This document shows, piece after piece, positions 50,001 through 64,000 of a stretch of 64,000 bases of DNA. The stretch's first letter is position 1, and each line of letters starts with the position of its first letter. This DNA comes from Cercozoa sp. M6MM (Eukaryota > Protista > Endomyxa: Ascetosporea): the NCBI GenBank assembly GCA_040357565.1, contig JBDODJ010000009.1; one strand, 5' to 3'. Below the pieces are notes generated by a model. The model saw only the letters and a program-made list of their open reading frames with translations, made no database searches and was not told the DNA's origin. The translations under genes were made by a program, and so were the position numbers.

Positions 50001-50612
50001 CTGAAGTTGTCAGAGTTGAAGTTATTAAACACAACAACTGAACTAAAAGTAAAGTTTAAGCAGGTACCTCGTCATTCTTGAGAAAGATCGAAATCCCAGC
50101 TTGCTACAGGAAGAGCGCATATAGGGGAGACAAAGACACCCAAAGTTGTACCAACTGCTCGACCCTTTCACTACAAATACAACGAACCATCTCGGCTACC
50201 CGGTCCATGCAAATAGTGGCATTCAAGTAAATTTACACTCGTTTTGCGGGCGTGTCGATCGAACTGCCTTTCGTAAAGCCAACAAAGGTCTTGTAGTCGT
50301 GTACTGATGACCTGGACACCACCATTGATCCAAACAACATGGGCACACGTAGCTGTGTTTTTACATCAGGTCGCCGCAGATCTCTTGTCCCCTCGGCGGC
50401 ACTTCGAGCACGGTGAGCGGAGGGCCATTCGCGTAGGAATGAACGACAGTGCGATTGACCCTCTGCGCAGGTAAATTAAATTTATCTTGCACGTCGTAGT
50501 GCTAAAAAAAGAAACGAAGACGTACCACATCGATTTCAACAAAATCATTGGTGAGGTGCGCACGTGCCGTCAGGAACAAGGCACAGAGAATGACCGAAAG
50601 GAATCGTTGCAT
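47039..50612 (-). CDS. Frizzled/Smoothened-like (class F) 7TM receptor with signal peptide and Cys-rich ectodomain
   Basis: Signal MQRFLSVILCALFLTARA; CRD-like CLRYQYCAGTRIACEGIRKRCPAL; KRQFPSRI, CAAQAFFFVFGSIAMSCWW, YMHAFAW, SPLCFIS, FLVPHVTLLGIG. 3' exons approximate. Confidence 0.8.
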
Positions 50613-51033
50613 CAGTCAACTCAACCCCACGCTTTTCTTGCAACGGCTGATTGACACCAATGACCAACGAGCTGGCTGCTCCACGGCCTTTTGGGCCTGC
50701 GGTCACCGCTCCTTGATAAGCAGGGATACAGTACTACTGTAGTTGTCAAGAATGACTTCAGTATTGATAAAGCAGCCCTTTTTCGAGAACAAACTCAAAC
50801 TCAACTCACACCCCCTTAATCAAATTTCAGTGCACCACGGCGCGGTCAGGACTATTCCAGCGAAATCGTTGTTCAAGAAGTACGAAAGAGTTGGTGACTG
50901 TCCGACGGTACACTCACGGCAGGATATCGTCTACCCAAAAAGTATACCGAACTAGCGTAAACACCGAGCGGAGGCGTGCAGACAATTTCAACGCAGGTTA
51001 CACAGCGTAGGGTTGTCCAAGTGAGCAAAGGCC

Positions 51034-51831
51034 TTAGTCGCGTGCGTCCACGAAGAAGTAATTGCCGCTCGCCTTCTGCTCGACGTCCTTCTGCGAGTCG
51101 AGCTTATTGATGCGCGGGCCTGCAGACACGCGGTACAACTCAAGATGCCACAAAAAATATCGTAGGAAGGGTGGGGTAACATACGGAAGTTGGTCGGGTC
51201 ACGACGGAACGTGATGTTGAGCGACTGCGTAGCAAGGTGAGTGACACAGGGAGGGAGGGGCATGAAGAGACGAGTACCTTGAGGAAGGCGTTCATGCCGG
51301 ACAGCAGGGCCTGCGGCTGCGTGGCCGTACAGTTGACGGCGGGCGTACCCTCGTACACAATGACGCGATCGGCGAGGTAGGTGGCCATGATGAAATCGTG
51401 CTCCACAATGAAGGCCGTCTTCTTGGCGTGCATGATGAAGCGCTTGATCACCTTGGCCGCCACGATACGCTGCTCCGAGTCCAGGTAGGCCGACGGCTCA
51501 TCGATCAGGTACACGTCGGCCTGCACTCAGACACAAAGAGATATCGTGGGTGGGTGGGGGCGGGGCACATGGGAGAAATCGCGCTGTACCGGCGTACCGA
51601 GCGACAGCACCAGGGCGACACGTTGCAACTCACCACCAGAGAGATGTGTCACCTAGACCAAGGAAGGGTGCATTTAAGAATCCAAAGGAGAGTTGAAGTA
51701 GATGCACCTGCTTGTCCATGAGCACGTCCATGTTCATGGGTCGCATCACGTCCGACACGAACTGCGGGTGCGTGTACGTCGCACGGATACGACGGTGCAA
51801 CAGCTGGCGGACCGTGCCTGTCGACAAGGCA

Positions 51832-51881
<50 letters not shown>

Positions 51882-51891
51882 NNNNNNNNNN

Positions 51892-51942
<51 letters not shown>

Positions 51943-54470
51943 GGGGGTAAACAAGGAGGGTATGTGAAGGTGGCTTACCCGGGAACTTGGGCGAGATCTT
52001 CTGCGGCTTGTACGACACGTTGAGTTCCGGCACACCGACGGACTCGTCGTCGGGCTTGATGAGGCCGGCCAGCATCTTGACGAGCGTGGTCTTACCGGTA
52101 CCGTTCTCACCGAGCAGCACGACAATCTCCGAGTTCGTGAACGAGCCCTGTAGCACACACACACACGGGAAATAAACCAGGAAAGAAGTTAAGACAAGAT
52201 GAGGTAAGGGTAGGGCACCGCATTGACGTTGAGGGTGAAGGAGCCGAGCGTCTTGGTCATGGTCGGGTAGTTGTAGTTGCGCGAGCGAGCCTCGTTGCTC
52301 TCCATCACGTTGTCGGCCACGCGGAAGTCGAGCTCAAAGTCGCGGAAGCGCATGTTCTCGGTCGGAATGAAACCGGCCAGGAAGACGTTGATGCCCTCAC
52401 GCACTGAGAACGGCATCGTCACCACACCGTAGCCACCCGGTTGGCCGTACAGACAGCACACGTAGTCCGACTGTACAATACACACAGGCGTACAACTGGA
52501 CCAACATGGCCGTGCAAAGTGGACAGCTGTGTACCAAGTAGTCGAGAACGGAGAGATCGTGCTCGACCACGACAATGTAGAGGCCTGACGTAAAACAAAG
52601 AGAAGGGTAAACAAGATACAGGACGCGTGAGACACCCGATACCTTCCCTGCCAACGAGCATGCTGCGGATCACCTGGGCCGCCTGTATTTACATAGCAAG
52701 GTAGATATGAACGGGGGAGGGGAGGGGTAAAGGCCAGGCTAACCGTCAGACGCTGCTTGATATCGAGGTAGGATGACGGCTCGTCAAACATCATGATGTC
52801 GGCACGTTGCACGCACACCTGTCACACAGACGCAACGTACATACTGCTGGACATCATACGAAAAAAGGAGAGGCTACCACGCCAATGGCGAAACGCTGCA
52901 GCTCACCTATTGTTATAGTGCACACACAGTATCAGCAGATCAAGTTAGCAGCAGTCTGTAGAGACAAAACGTACCACCAGACAGGTGCTCGACATTGCGC
53001 TCGCGCACTTCCTCGAGGTCCAGCACGCGCAGCTGAGTGTACGGGGGTTACAGAAGGACACAGAGCGTATGGGCTGGGGCTACCATCTCGTCGAGGTTGC
53101 CAAGGGTGTTCTTCTTGGCAAGGATCTGCTGCACCTGGCGCTCCGTCTGGGAAAACGGGGGGGGGGGGTAAGGCAAGCAGATAGCTAAAACTGGGAGGCA
53201 AAGCAAAGGAGGTACCTTGGAACGGATGGCACGCGGGATGTGATCGACGTACTGCGGCTTGATCACGGCCTTCAAGTCGTCCTCCTGCCAGGTACACAAG
53301 CGTACATGTGGTCAAACACGAAAGAGAAACCAAAGCAAGGTACCAAAAGACGCGTGAAGTAGTTCTGCAGCTCGCTGCCACGGAAGTAGCGCAGGATCTC
53401 CTCCTATACACCAGTATACGGTGATACAGCGTGCGCACACAAACAGCAAACACAAGGGTACCCAGTCAGGCGGCGAGTCGAACTGACCGAGGTTCGGCTT
53501 CATCTTGCCCGTCAGGATCTTAAGCGCCTACGATAGGTGAATGGGTAGAGGCAGTCAACGGGTAAAGGTAGGTACAAAAGAGGCCGAGTTACCGTGGACT
53601 TGCCGATACCGTTGGTACCAACGAGACCGAGCACCTGGTTCGGACGCGGCATCGGCAGACGATGCAGCTTGAACCTTCACATGCGGCACCGTCAATAACT
53701 CAATGAATATCAATCGAAGTGTCTCAGATGGAAGCGGTGGTACGAGTTGGGACCGAAACGGTGCGTCGTGAACTGCTCCAGATTCTTGGGCAGGTTGATG
53801 ATGCTATACAGGGAAACAGTACAAAATGATGTGATGTGGGAAAAGAGAGCGAGTACCTGATCGCGTCGAACGGACACTTCTTGACGCAGATGTTGCAACC
53901 GATGCAAAGCTCCTCCGAGATGATGGCGAGCTTGGACGACGGCTTCACCTGTTGACATTCCACGCATCTCATCAGTACTTCTCCAAAGAGGCATACGTAT
54001 GAATGCACAAAAAGCACAACAAAAATTCAGAACTTGTTTTGTTATTTTCACGAAAGATATCAAGAACACGGACACAAGTAAATGGTCATCATGGTATTTG
54101 TTGTCTGTATATTCGCACAAAGCACTGACAGAGCAGCAAGAGGTAGCACAGGAACTTACGTCAATGCACTGCTTGCCCATCTTCTCGACCGGACACGAGC
54201 GCTTGCACTCCTGGCGACACTTCTTCGGCTTGCATCTGCAAGAACACAAAACCGAGAGTTGACAGACAAAATCACTTTTGCATAAAGTTGCACCTGTCCG
54301 CGTTGAGCACAGCGATACGAACCGTCGATGCTACAGTGCAACACACGCGTGAGAGCAAGTTGCAGCCACACCAAGCAGGTGCCAAGCACCGGATCGGGGA
54401 GAGAAAATATGATGTGGATACACTCGTCGCCACCGCCGCCGCGCTTCAAACCTCCCTTCTTCTTGGCCAT
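51034..54470 (-). CDS. ABCE1: ABCE1/RLI1 ribosome recycling ATPase (Fe-S domain plus two ABC domains)
   Basis: [84 protein letters not shown]. Confidence 0.99.
54016..54104 (-). ncRNA. Intronic box C/D snoRNA, U18/SNORD18-like, in a 211-nt ABCE1 intron (53949-54159)
   Basis: Box C ATGATGA (54092-54086), box D CTGA (54030-54027), perfect 8-bp closing stem ACAACAAA/TTTGTTGT, and guide GTCCGTGTT before a D'-like TTGA, complementary to conserved LSU rRNA AACACGGAC. Confidence 0.85.
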
Positions 54471-54840
54471 GACGCTTGGTACTGCGCACGCTACGCTACG
54501 CGTTTGCCACTGGACGCTAAGATTTTTTTAATTATTTGTCCACTCAGACAATTTTCTGGCCCAAATTGGATCGATCTCTCGTAGGAACCCAGAGGCAGTT
54601 TGGGTGAAACCGAGTGCTGTCTGACCGATTGGGTACGTTTTATGCTGTTTTTGTGGCGTTTAACGGTTTATTCGGGGTGACACGATGATGTGTTTGTTTT
54701 GCAAAGTTTTAGACAGCGAGACTTCGCATTCCCGCATTTTTCGGCGTTTTCCGAGTGCAGGAGCAGGTCTGTTCGGATCGGATCGTGTGCCGCTAACGGT
54801 GCATTGAAAGCAGAGTGAAACTTGGGTGTGCTAAGGCGGC

Positions 54841-56383
54841 ATGAAGGCGTACGCGAGCATCTCGGCGATCGCGGTGCTGGGCTCGCTGCTGATGTGCTGG
54901 CAGAGTGAGCAGCAGTATTTTGCGGTAATCTTAAGCTTCTTAATCTTTTGGTGAGCTCTGTTTGGTGTTATATTTTTCTTTGTTCAGGCGATGCGAATGA
55001 TGGTGACGGAGAAGCTGTATTTTGTGTCGCTCGTGAACTTTGCATGCGTCGCCGTCGTCGCACTCGTCAAAGGCGTCGTTGCCTTCTTCCTTGGCGAACT
55101 AAGGTATCTTTCTAGTTTGCACCGTGTCTTTGACTCTGATTGATTTTAAACTTTTGTGTGCACAGGCTGATCGAAACAGAGAAGGCACGCGACTCTGCCG
55201 TTGTCAAGTATGTTTCTCGCTTTTCTTTCTTCGTTTGTTTGGAGTCTGTGCTGTGTCAGGATGGTGGACGTGATGCTCGCGCTCGCCATTTTAAATCTGT
55301 CACTGTCGGTGTACACGTTCGCTAGTTGCGTGTTCTTGCTTGGCATGCGGTACCTTTTTGTCGTGAGTCGTGAACGTCTGGATCGGTACCTTGGACTGAT
55401 CAGGAGGCTGAGTGTTCTTCCGAGCAGTAAGTGTGCAGGGTGGGCCGAGAGGATTCGCAGTCGCTTTTGTTATGTGCGCGTGCTCTGGCCTTTGCCGTGC
55501 TCCTCCTTTTCTGCAACGTCATTGTTGTGGTAGACATACTCGCATGGTGACAGGGTAGGCCGGACCTGTGTTTGTTTGTAGTTGAACGCGGACTCTGGAA
55601 GTCTGGTATCGCTGTCGAATTATGTCACTTTCGAGTGCGCAATCATTGGTAGCGTTTTGTTGATATGACTTCCTGTTCGTTTATCGATCGATATGTGTGC
55701 TCTTAAGTGGTCGAACAAGTCGCATCGCTGGCGCACTTTTTCGTTCTGTTCGTCGATACGCGTCGCTATAGTGCGTTTCTTTCTGGGTTCATTTCCTCGC
55801 TTTTCTTTTGACTTCCTTGTGCTCAAAGATCACAGGTGGTCGCGTCGGCCACAGCTGCAGTTTTTTGTCGATATCTGTGCGCACTCGTGTTCGCTCCTGC
55901 TGTACGCCGCCTTCTTTGTTGTGCTGTCCATGACGACACGCACACCCTTGTTCTTGCTGCGAGAGGTGGCTTTGTCCTTTTCTTTCCGATTCTTTCCCAT
56001 GGTGATAGCACCTTGTTGCAGGTGCTGGCGGCCATTGGCAAGGTGCTGGCACGCGTCAGGTAGGAGACACACACATAAACACACACACACACACACGCAC
56101 ACACACACACGCACACACACAATGTAAGTTGGTCATGCGTGTGCTGTCGCAGTCAGTACGTGAGCTACCGCCGCCTAATGCGAAACATCGACTCGGCATT
56201 GCCTGACGCGACTCCTGTATTTCCTTTATTTGCATGGCAGTTGGTCTGGTGTATTTTTACTCGTCGCAGGAGCAATTGGAGCAAGCACACGGCATTTGCA
56301 TCATCTGTCGCGATGACATGGACCACGGAAAGGTGCCACTGTGCTAAGTCGCGTTGTGCTTGGGATATTGTGCGTGTTTGTGG

Positions 56384-56433
<50 letters not shown>

Positions 56434-56443
56434 NNNNNNNNNN

Positions 56444-56491
<48 letters not shown>

Positions 56492-57566
56492 TTAGACGCT
56501 GCCATGTGGTCACATCATGCACTTGGACCCATGTCTACGCACCTGGCTCGAGCAGCACTCGCGTTGTCCCGTGTGCCGTGCCGACATCGGTATCTTTCAG
56601 TCCATACCCGCCGCCTTGAAGTCGTTTGATGCATGCTGTTGCTTCTCTAGGTGTTGCACTGAACACTCGCAATCAAAACAACGCCAACGTCAGACAGAAC
56701 AACAACAATGTCGGAAACAACAATAACAATGTCGAGAATGTTAATGCTGAGAACATCAATGCCAATGCTCCTGCTGCCGACGCAAACGTTCAGAACCAGC
56801 GTCGAGAAGAGCAGCGACCTGGTATTCCGCATATTCCTGCTGTCAATTGTGTCATGTTTGCACTTTACTGGTGTGGTGCGTGTCCTTCTTTGTAGTCACA
56901 GAGGGCGTGCATGGCACGGCCGAGGATCTCCTGTCTGATGAGTGGTTCAGAAAAACCATCACCGAGTATCGACAGCAACAGCAACAACAACAACAACAAC
57001 AGCAAGAGCGTGAACGTGAACGTGAACGTGAACGACAACAACTTTCTGTCTCTGACTTGAGTGCCCGTGGTATATGTTTAGACTAGCGTTTCTCCAACAT
57101 GATTCCCCTATCATAGTCGAGCAACCACTGAGCCGCTTCGATCTTCCTGACGTTGTACTCGATGATTCTGCCGCATCAAATCGGTATCGGTTGTTTCATG
57201 TTCAACTTAGCACAATCCGTGATGCCGCTCCTGTGCAGTTTCAGGCGCAATGTGCTAAAGTTGCACCGCCGCTACGTCGCGCAGTACCTCGACGAGCTTG
57301 AGGCTCTAGAGCGGTCCCTGGCTTCACCTCCAGCAAGCAGTGCCGAGACTCCAGTGGCTGCTGCTTCGATCACTACGCCTGCTCCTGACACGGCCCGGCA
57401 CGAGAGCATTCGCTTGCCTTCGTCTTCCCGAGAAGACGAGCGTGGTGACACTTTTTTGCGACTCAGCGACGAGTCCGAGGAGGCAGCGCCGTCATCGTTG
57501 CCACAACCGGCGAGCGACTCGGACGATGGCCTGTCTGAAGGTGCCAGTGCACGAGACGTTGAGTAA
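54841..57566 (+). CDS. HRD1: ERAD E3 ubiquitin ligase HRD1/synoviolin-like
   Basis: Multi-TM N-terminus with FFLGELR|LIETE, SYRRLMRNIDSALPDAT, RING-H2 CIICRDDM..LPCGHIMHLDPCLRTWLEQHSRCPVCR, low-complexity tail. Confidence 0.92.
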
Positions 57567-58038
57567 ATTGCGTTGACGCAAGCATAGTAAAAGTTGGACC
57601 CCCTCGCTGTACTATCGCCAGATAGCGTCACGCTATCGTCGGATATATTGTGTGGCTATACTAGTCAGACATAACGTAATGTGTGCGGTGCACTATCCCG
57701 ACGAAGATAATTTTAAAGCTGGCAAAATCGCTGGATAGGATTTGAAGAGGTCCTACTTTTGCTGTGAGCGTATAATTGCACACTTAGGTGTCACGTAAAA
57801 CCCATCGTATGCAAGTTGCCGTCGAAACGACCGGGGGGTTTCTCGTTCAGAGTGCGCAACGGAAACCCTCATATGAGTGTAAGATACTAATTTAAGCAGC
57901 CGGTGTGACTCCTTTTGTTCGCAGATTAGCGGTAATCCGTCCAGTGGTCCTAGGCCTTGCTAGTTCACCTCAGCAGTGCGCACACAATATTATTCGGTGA
58001 GCCGCTGGAGTTGGTTTCGGTAAGTTGACTTCTGCCGG

Positions 58039-61030
<2,992 letters not shown>

Positions 61031-61372
61031 GGAAGTCGAGCGAACTTCGCCGATCGAGCTGATGAATAGCAACAAATCACGCGCGTTAACGCGCAGCCGT
61101 AACCTCAAAAACTCGAAGTATCTTCGAGGCAAAGCAATCAGTGATTTAATTCTTGGTCACTCGGAGTGGCAACGCCTCCTTAAAAAAGTAATGGGTGCAG
61201 GCCGACGGAGAGAAGCCGACTTGGCAAGAGCCTACAGGCCCAACGGTACACTCCCACGCCAGTCAGTGATCTGTGCGTGCTTGGAGAGCCAGGTGTGTTC
61301 AAGTCCCTTTTTTCGTAATATACTTTGTTTTGGGACTCTCCTCGCACGTCTGTGCGTTCGTGTGAGTGCAGA

Positions 61373-63951
61373 ATGGGTTGCTGCACGTCCACCAACGCCA
61401 CCGATGATGTGCCGCTGGAGTCGCGCTCTGAGACCGAGTCGCCTGTAAGTGCGCGGAGTCCTAGGACCGAAACTGCCGAGGTAAAACAACAGCAAGACGA
61501 TCGAGTTAAAACAACAGCAAGAAGCCTTCTGTGCTTGCACATGAGTTTTTTTTGCAGTCAAAGCAACCGGAAGCGACTTATGTCGACACACTGGTCGAAA
61601 TCCCGTTCTTTTCCCAGGTATTTTGGTGCCCTGCCTTGTCTGTCTGACTACACGTGCCTCTGACTTGACTGTGACTTGTGTGACTGACTGGCCGACTGGG
61701 CAGATGGCGTCCAAGTCGCTCAAGCAGCTGTCGACGCTGTTTGAGAGTCACACCTACCAGAACGGCGACGTTATTCGGGCCGGCAATGATGAGGTGTGCT
61801 GTCTTTGTTCCCTCAATACCCTGTGTACCCAGAGTACCCTGTGTGCACCCTTTGACTCTAGTTCAATGTGATCGTTCGCGGTGCTGTCGATGTCTCGGTC
61901 ATTGTGGTCAAGAATGAGGTGAGTCTGCTCACATGACCACCTTGCGATCGCTATGTGACCACATATGACCACTGTATGACCACTACAGCAAGAAGACGAA
62001 GAGGAGAAACGCGACACGCACGAAACTGAGATTTCTATCGGTAGCGAGCTGTCAATACTTTACCCCCCCTTTACCCCTACCTCCTTCCCTCCGCACAGGC
62101 CGCAGACAGGCGGGCGAGTGGTTCGGAGAGCACACGCTCATGTATTACCCCTTGTTTACCCCATGCTACCCCTGATAACTCCCTCCCTGTGACAGGTCGC
62201 AAGACGATGGTACGATGGAACTGGCCACAGTGCGTGCAGTGGCTTGTGAGGTAGCACCTTGTTTTACCTCCTTTGTTACTCCCCTTTACCCTTTACCCCT
62301 TTTACCCCCCCCCCCCCCGAAGGACAAGACCACCGTGCTGAGCATCTCGCGTCAACGATACGCTGAATTCGCTGATGAGGTAGTCCATGTACATCTTTAC
62401 CCTCTTTACCCCCATCTTTCCCCGCTCTTTACCCATCTCTTTACCCCTCTTTACCCCTCTTTACCCCTCTTTACCTCCCTCTTTGCCCTCCTTTTAACCC
62501 CTCTTTCTTTAACCCTCTTTACCCATCTCTTTACCCCTCTTTACCCATCTCTTTACCCCTCTTTCTTTAACCCCTCCCTCTTTGCCCTCTCCTTTTTACC
62601 CCTCTTTACCCCTCTTTCTTTAACCCTCTTTTCGAACAGGCTGGTCTACGAGTCACTGTGAGCGATAAGAGCGTCGTTGTAACACTGGTATACCACTTAC
62701 TTCCTTACCTTTTACCCCTTTGCCCCTTTTCCTCTTTGCCCCTTTTCCCTTTTGCCCCTTTACCCCTTTGCCCCTTTACCCCCTTACCCCTTTACCCCTT
62801 TACCCCTTTACTCCCCACCTGCGCAGCACGAGTTGCCACTGTTCCGTGCCGTTCCGGAATCGCATCTGCGCGTGCTGGCGCGACTGTGCAAGGTGCGTCA
62901 TTTTTACCCCCCCTTTTTACCCTCTACCTTTCTTTGGTTGCAGTTCCGTCGGGCCGCGATTGGCGAAGTAGTCATTCGACAGGGCGATGAGGTGGCTTTA
63001 TCCCCATTTACCTCTCCCCATTTACCTCCCCCCATTTACCCCCATTTACACCCCCCCCCCCATTTACCCCCCCCTCCATTTATTCCCCTTACCCCTTTAC
63101 CCCCACAGGCGGACGGACTGTTCGTGGTGGTGAGTGGTCGACTCAATGTGTCGGCGCACGTCGGGCAGGGCGAGGAGGTCTTCCTGTCGTCGCTGTCGCC
63201 GTCGGAACACTTTGGCGAGATGTCGCTGCTGCCGGCCTCGTCGGTCCGCACGCGCACGGTGGGCCTTTTTTACTCCTTTACCCCCCTGCTACCCCCCTGT
63301 TACCTCCCCTGTTACCCTCCATGTTACCCCCCCCCTATTTTGGTAGGCCACTGTGCGCGCAGTGGAGCCGTGCGTGCTGCTGTTCCTGTCACGTGACCTC
63401 TTCCTCGAGGTAGCTTTTTACCTCCCTGTTTACCCCCCCCTTTTACCCCCTTACCCACCAGTTCTCGCGAGTGTCACCGGTGTGCTCGTCGGAGAACTTC
63501 CGCGCACTCTTGACGCAGCGCACGGCCAATGTGCTCAAGACGTAGTCCCTCCTAATCCCCCCCTCTCTCTCTCTCTGTCCAATGTGTGTACAAATGGACG
63601 GTCCATATGGACACGTACTGTACAGACTGCCGCTGTTCGACGTGTACCGCACGAAGCGACGCGGACCACTCGAGAGTTTCGACATGGAGAAACTGTCGCT
63701 GCTGGGCAGTTTGTTCCGCTTCGTGCAGTTCGAGGACGGCCACGTACTGCTGCACTTTTACCCCCTCTTTACCCCTCCCTCTTTACCCCTCTCTCTTTAC
63801 CTTTCTTTACCCCCTCTTTACCCCCCGGGACGACACGTAGCCGGTGTGCGAGCAAGGCGACCAGGCAGCGGCTTTGTGGATCATCACGCAGGTAGCACTC
63901 ACTAGTGACGGTTTGGAGGGTCCAAGTGACCACGTGCGTGTGTGTCACTGC

Positions 63952-64000
<49 letters not shown>
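61373..64000 (+). CDS. Multi cyclic-nucleotide-binding-domain protein with N-terminal MGCC acylation motif (runs off window end)
   Basis: MGCCTS; CNB1 EIPFFSQ..FNVIVRGAV..GEWFGE; CNB2 ELPLFRAV..VIRQGDE|ADGLFVVVSG..EHFGEMSLL..RT|ATVRA; CNB3 begins LPLFD..CEQGDQA. Confidence 0.88.
62380..62639 (+). repeat. Intron expanded by degenerate CTCTTTACCC(C) tandem repeats
   Basis: 260-nt intron made almost entirely of TTTACCC/TTTAACCC/TTTGCCC units. Confidence 0.9.
63955..64000. repeat. (AG)n microsatellite at the window end
   Basis: Directly visible. Confidence 0.95.

Noticed and set aside
62400-62820. Interstitial telomeric repeats
   Set aside because: The unit is TTTACCCC/GGGGTAAA, not TTTAGGG/CCCTAAA, and it follows gene orientation within introns.

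Overview
Gene-dense, intron-rich nuclear DNA of a unicellular eukaryote. The lineage cannot be fixed from this window. It uses the standard code (TAA, TAG and TGA all terminate genes) and short, mostly 50-80 nt GT-AG introns, so the six-frame ORF track is misleading and gene models were spliced by eye. About 21 protein genes: eIF3m (partial), U1-70K, a secreted Gly/Trp/Tyr/Cys-repeat protein, a large secreted unknown, C7orf25/DUF1308, a DDX28/RH22-like DEAD-box helicase, a type-B carboxylesterase, a small mitochondrial-type protein, two tandem paralogous membrane proteins, NOC1/CEBPZ, betaine lipid synthase (BtaA-BtaB order), mL49, ARPC1, ESF1, eIF3i, an M13 peptidase, NHP2, a Frizzled/Smoothened-like GPCR, ABCE1, HRD1, a tetraspanin with a very long N-tail, and an acylated multi-cNMP-binding protein (partial). 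The two enlarged introns I could explain hide ncRNAs. A complete U6 snRNA gene, with a candidate Pol III promoter and terminator and a variant ISL, lies in the helicase intron. A U18/SNORD18-like C/D snoRNA lies in an ABCE1 intron. There is also a nest of mobile elements (solo LTR inside a TIR element, next to an older related LTR) and a strand-specific intronic TTTACCCC repeat. Two 100-N scaffold gaps (5003-5102, 43540-43639) limit contiguity.
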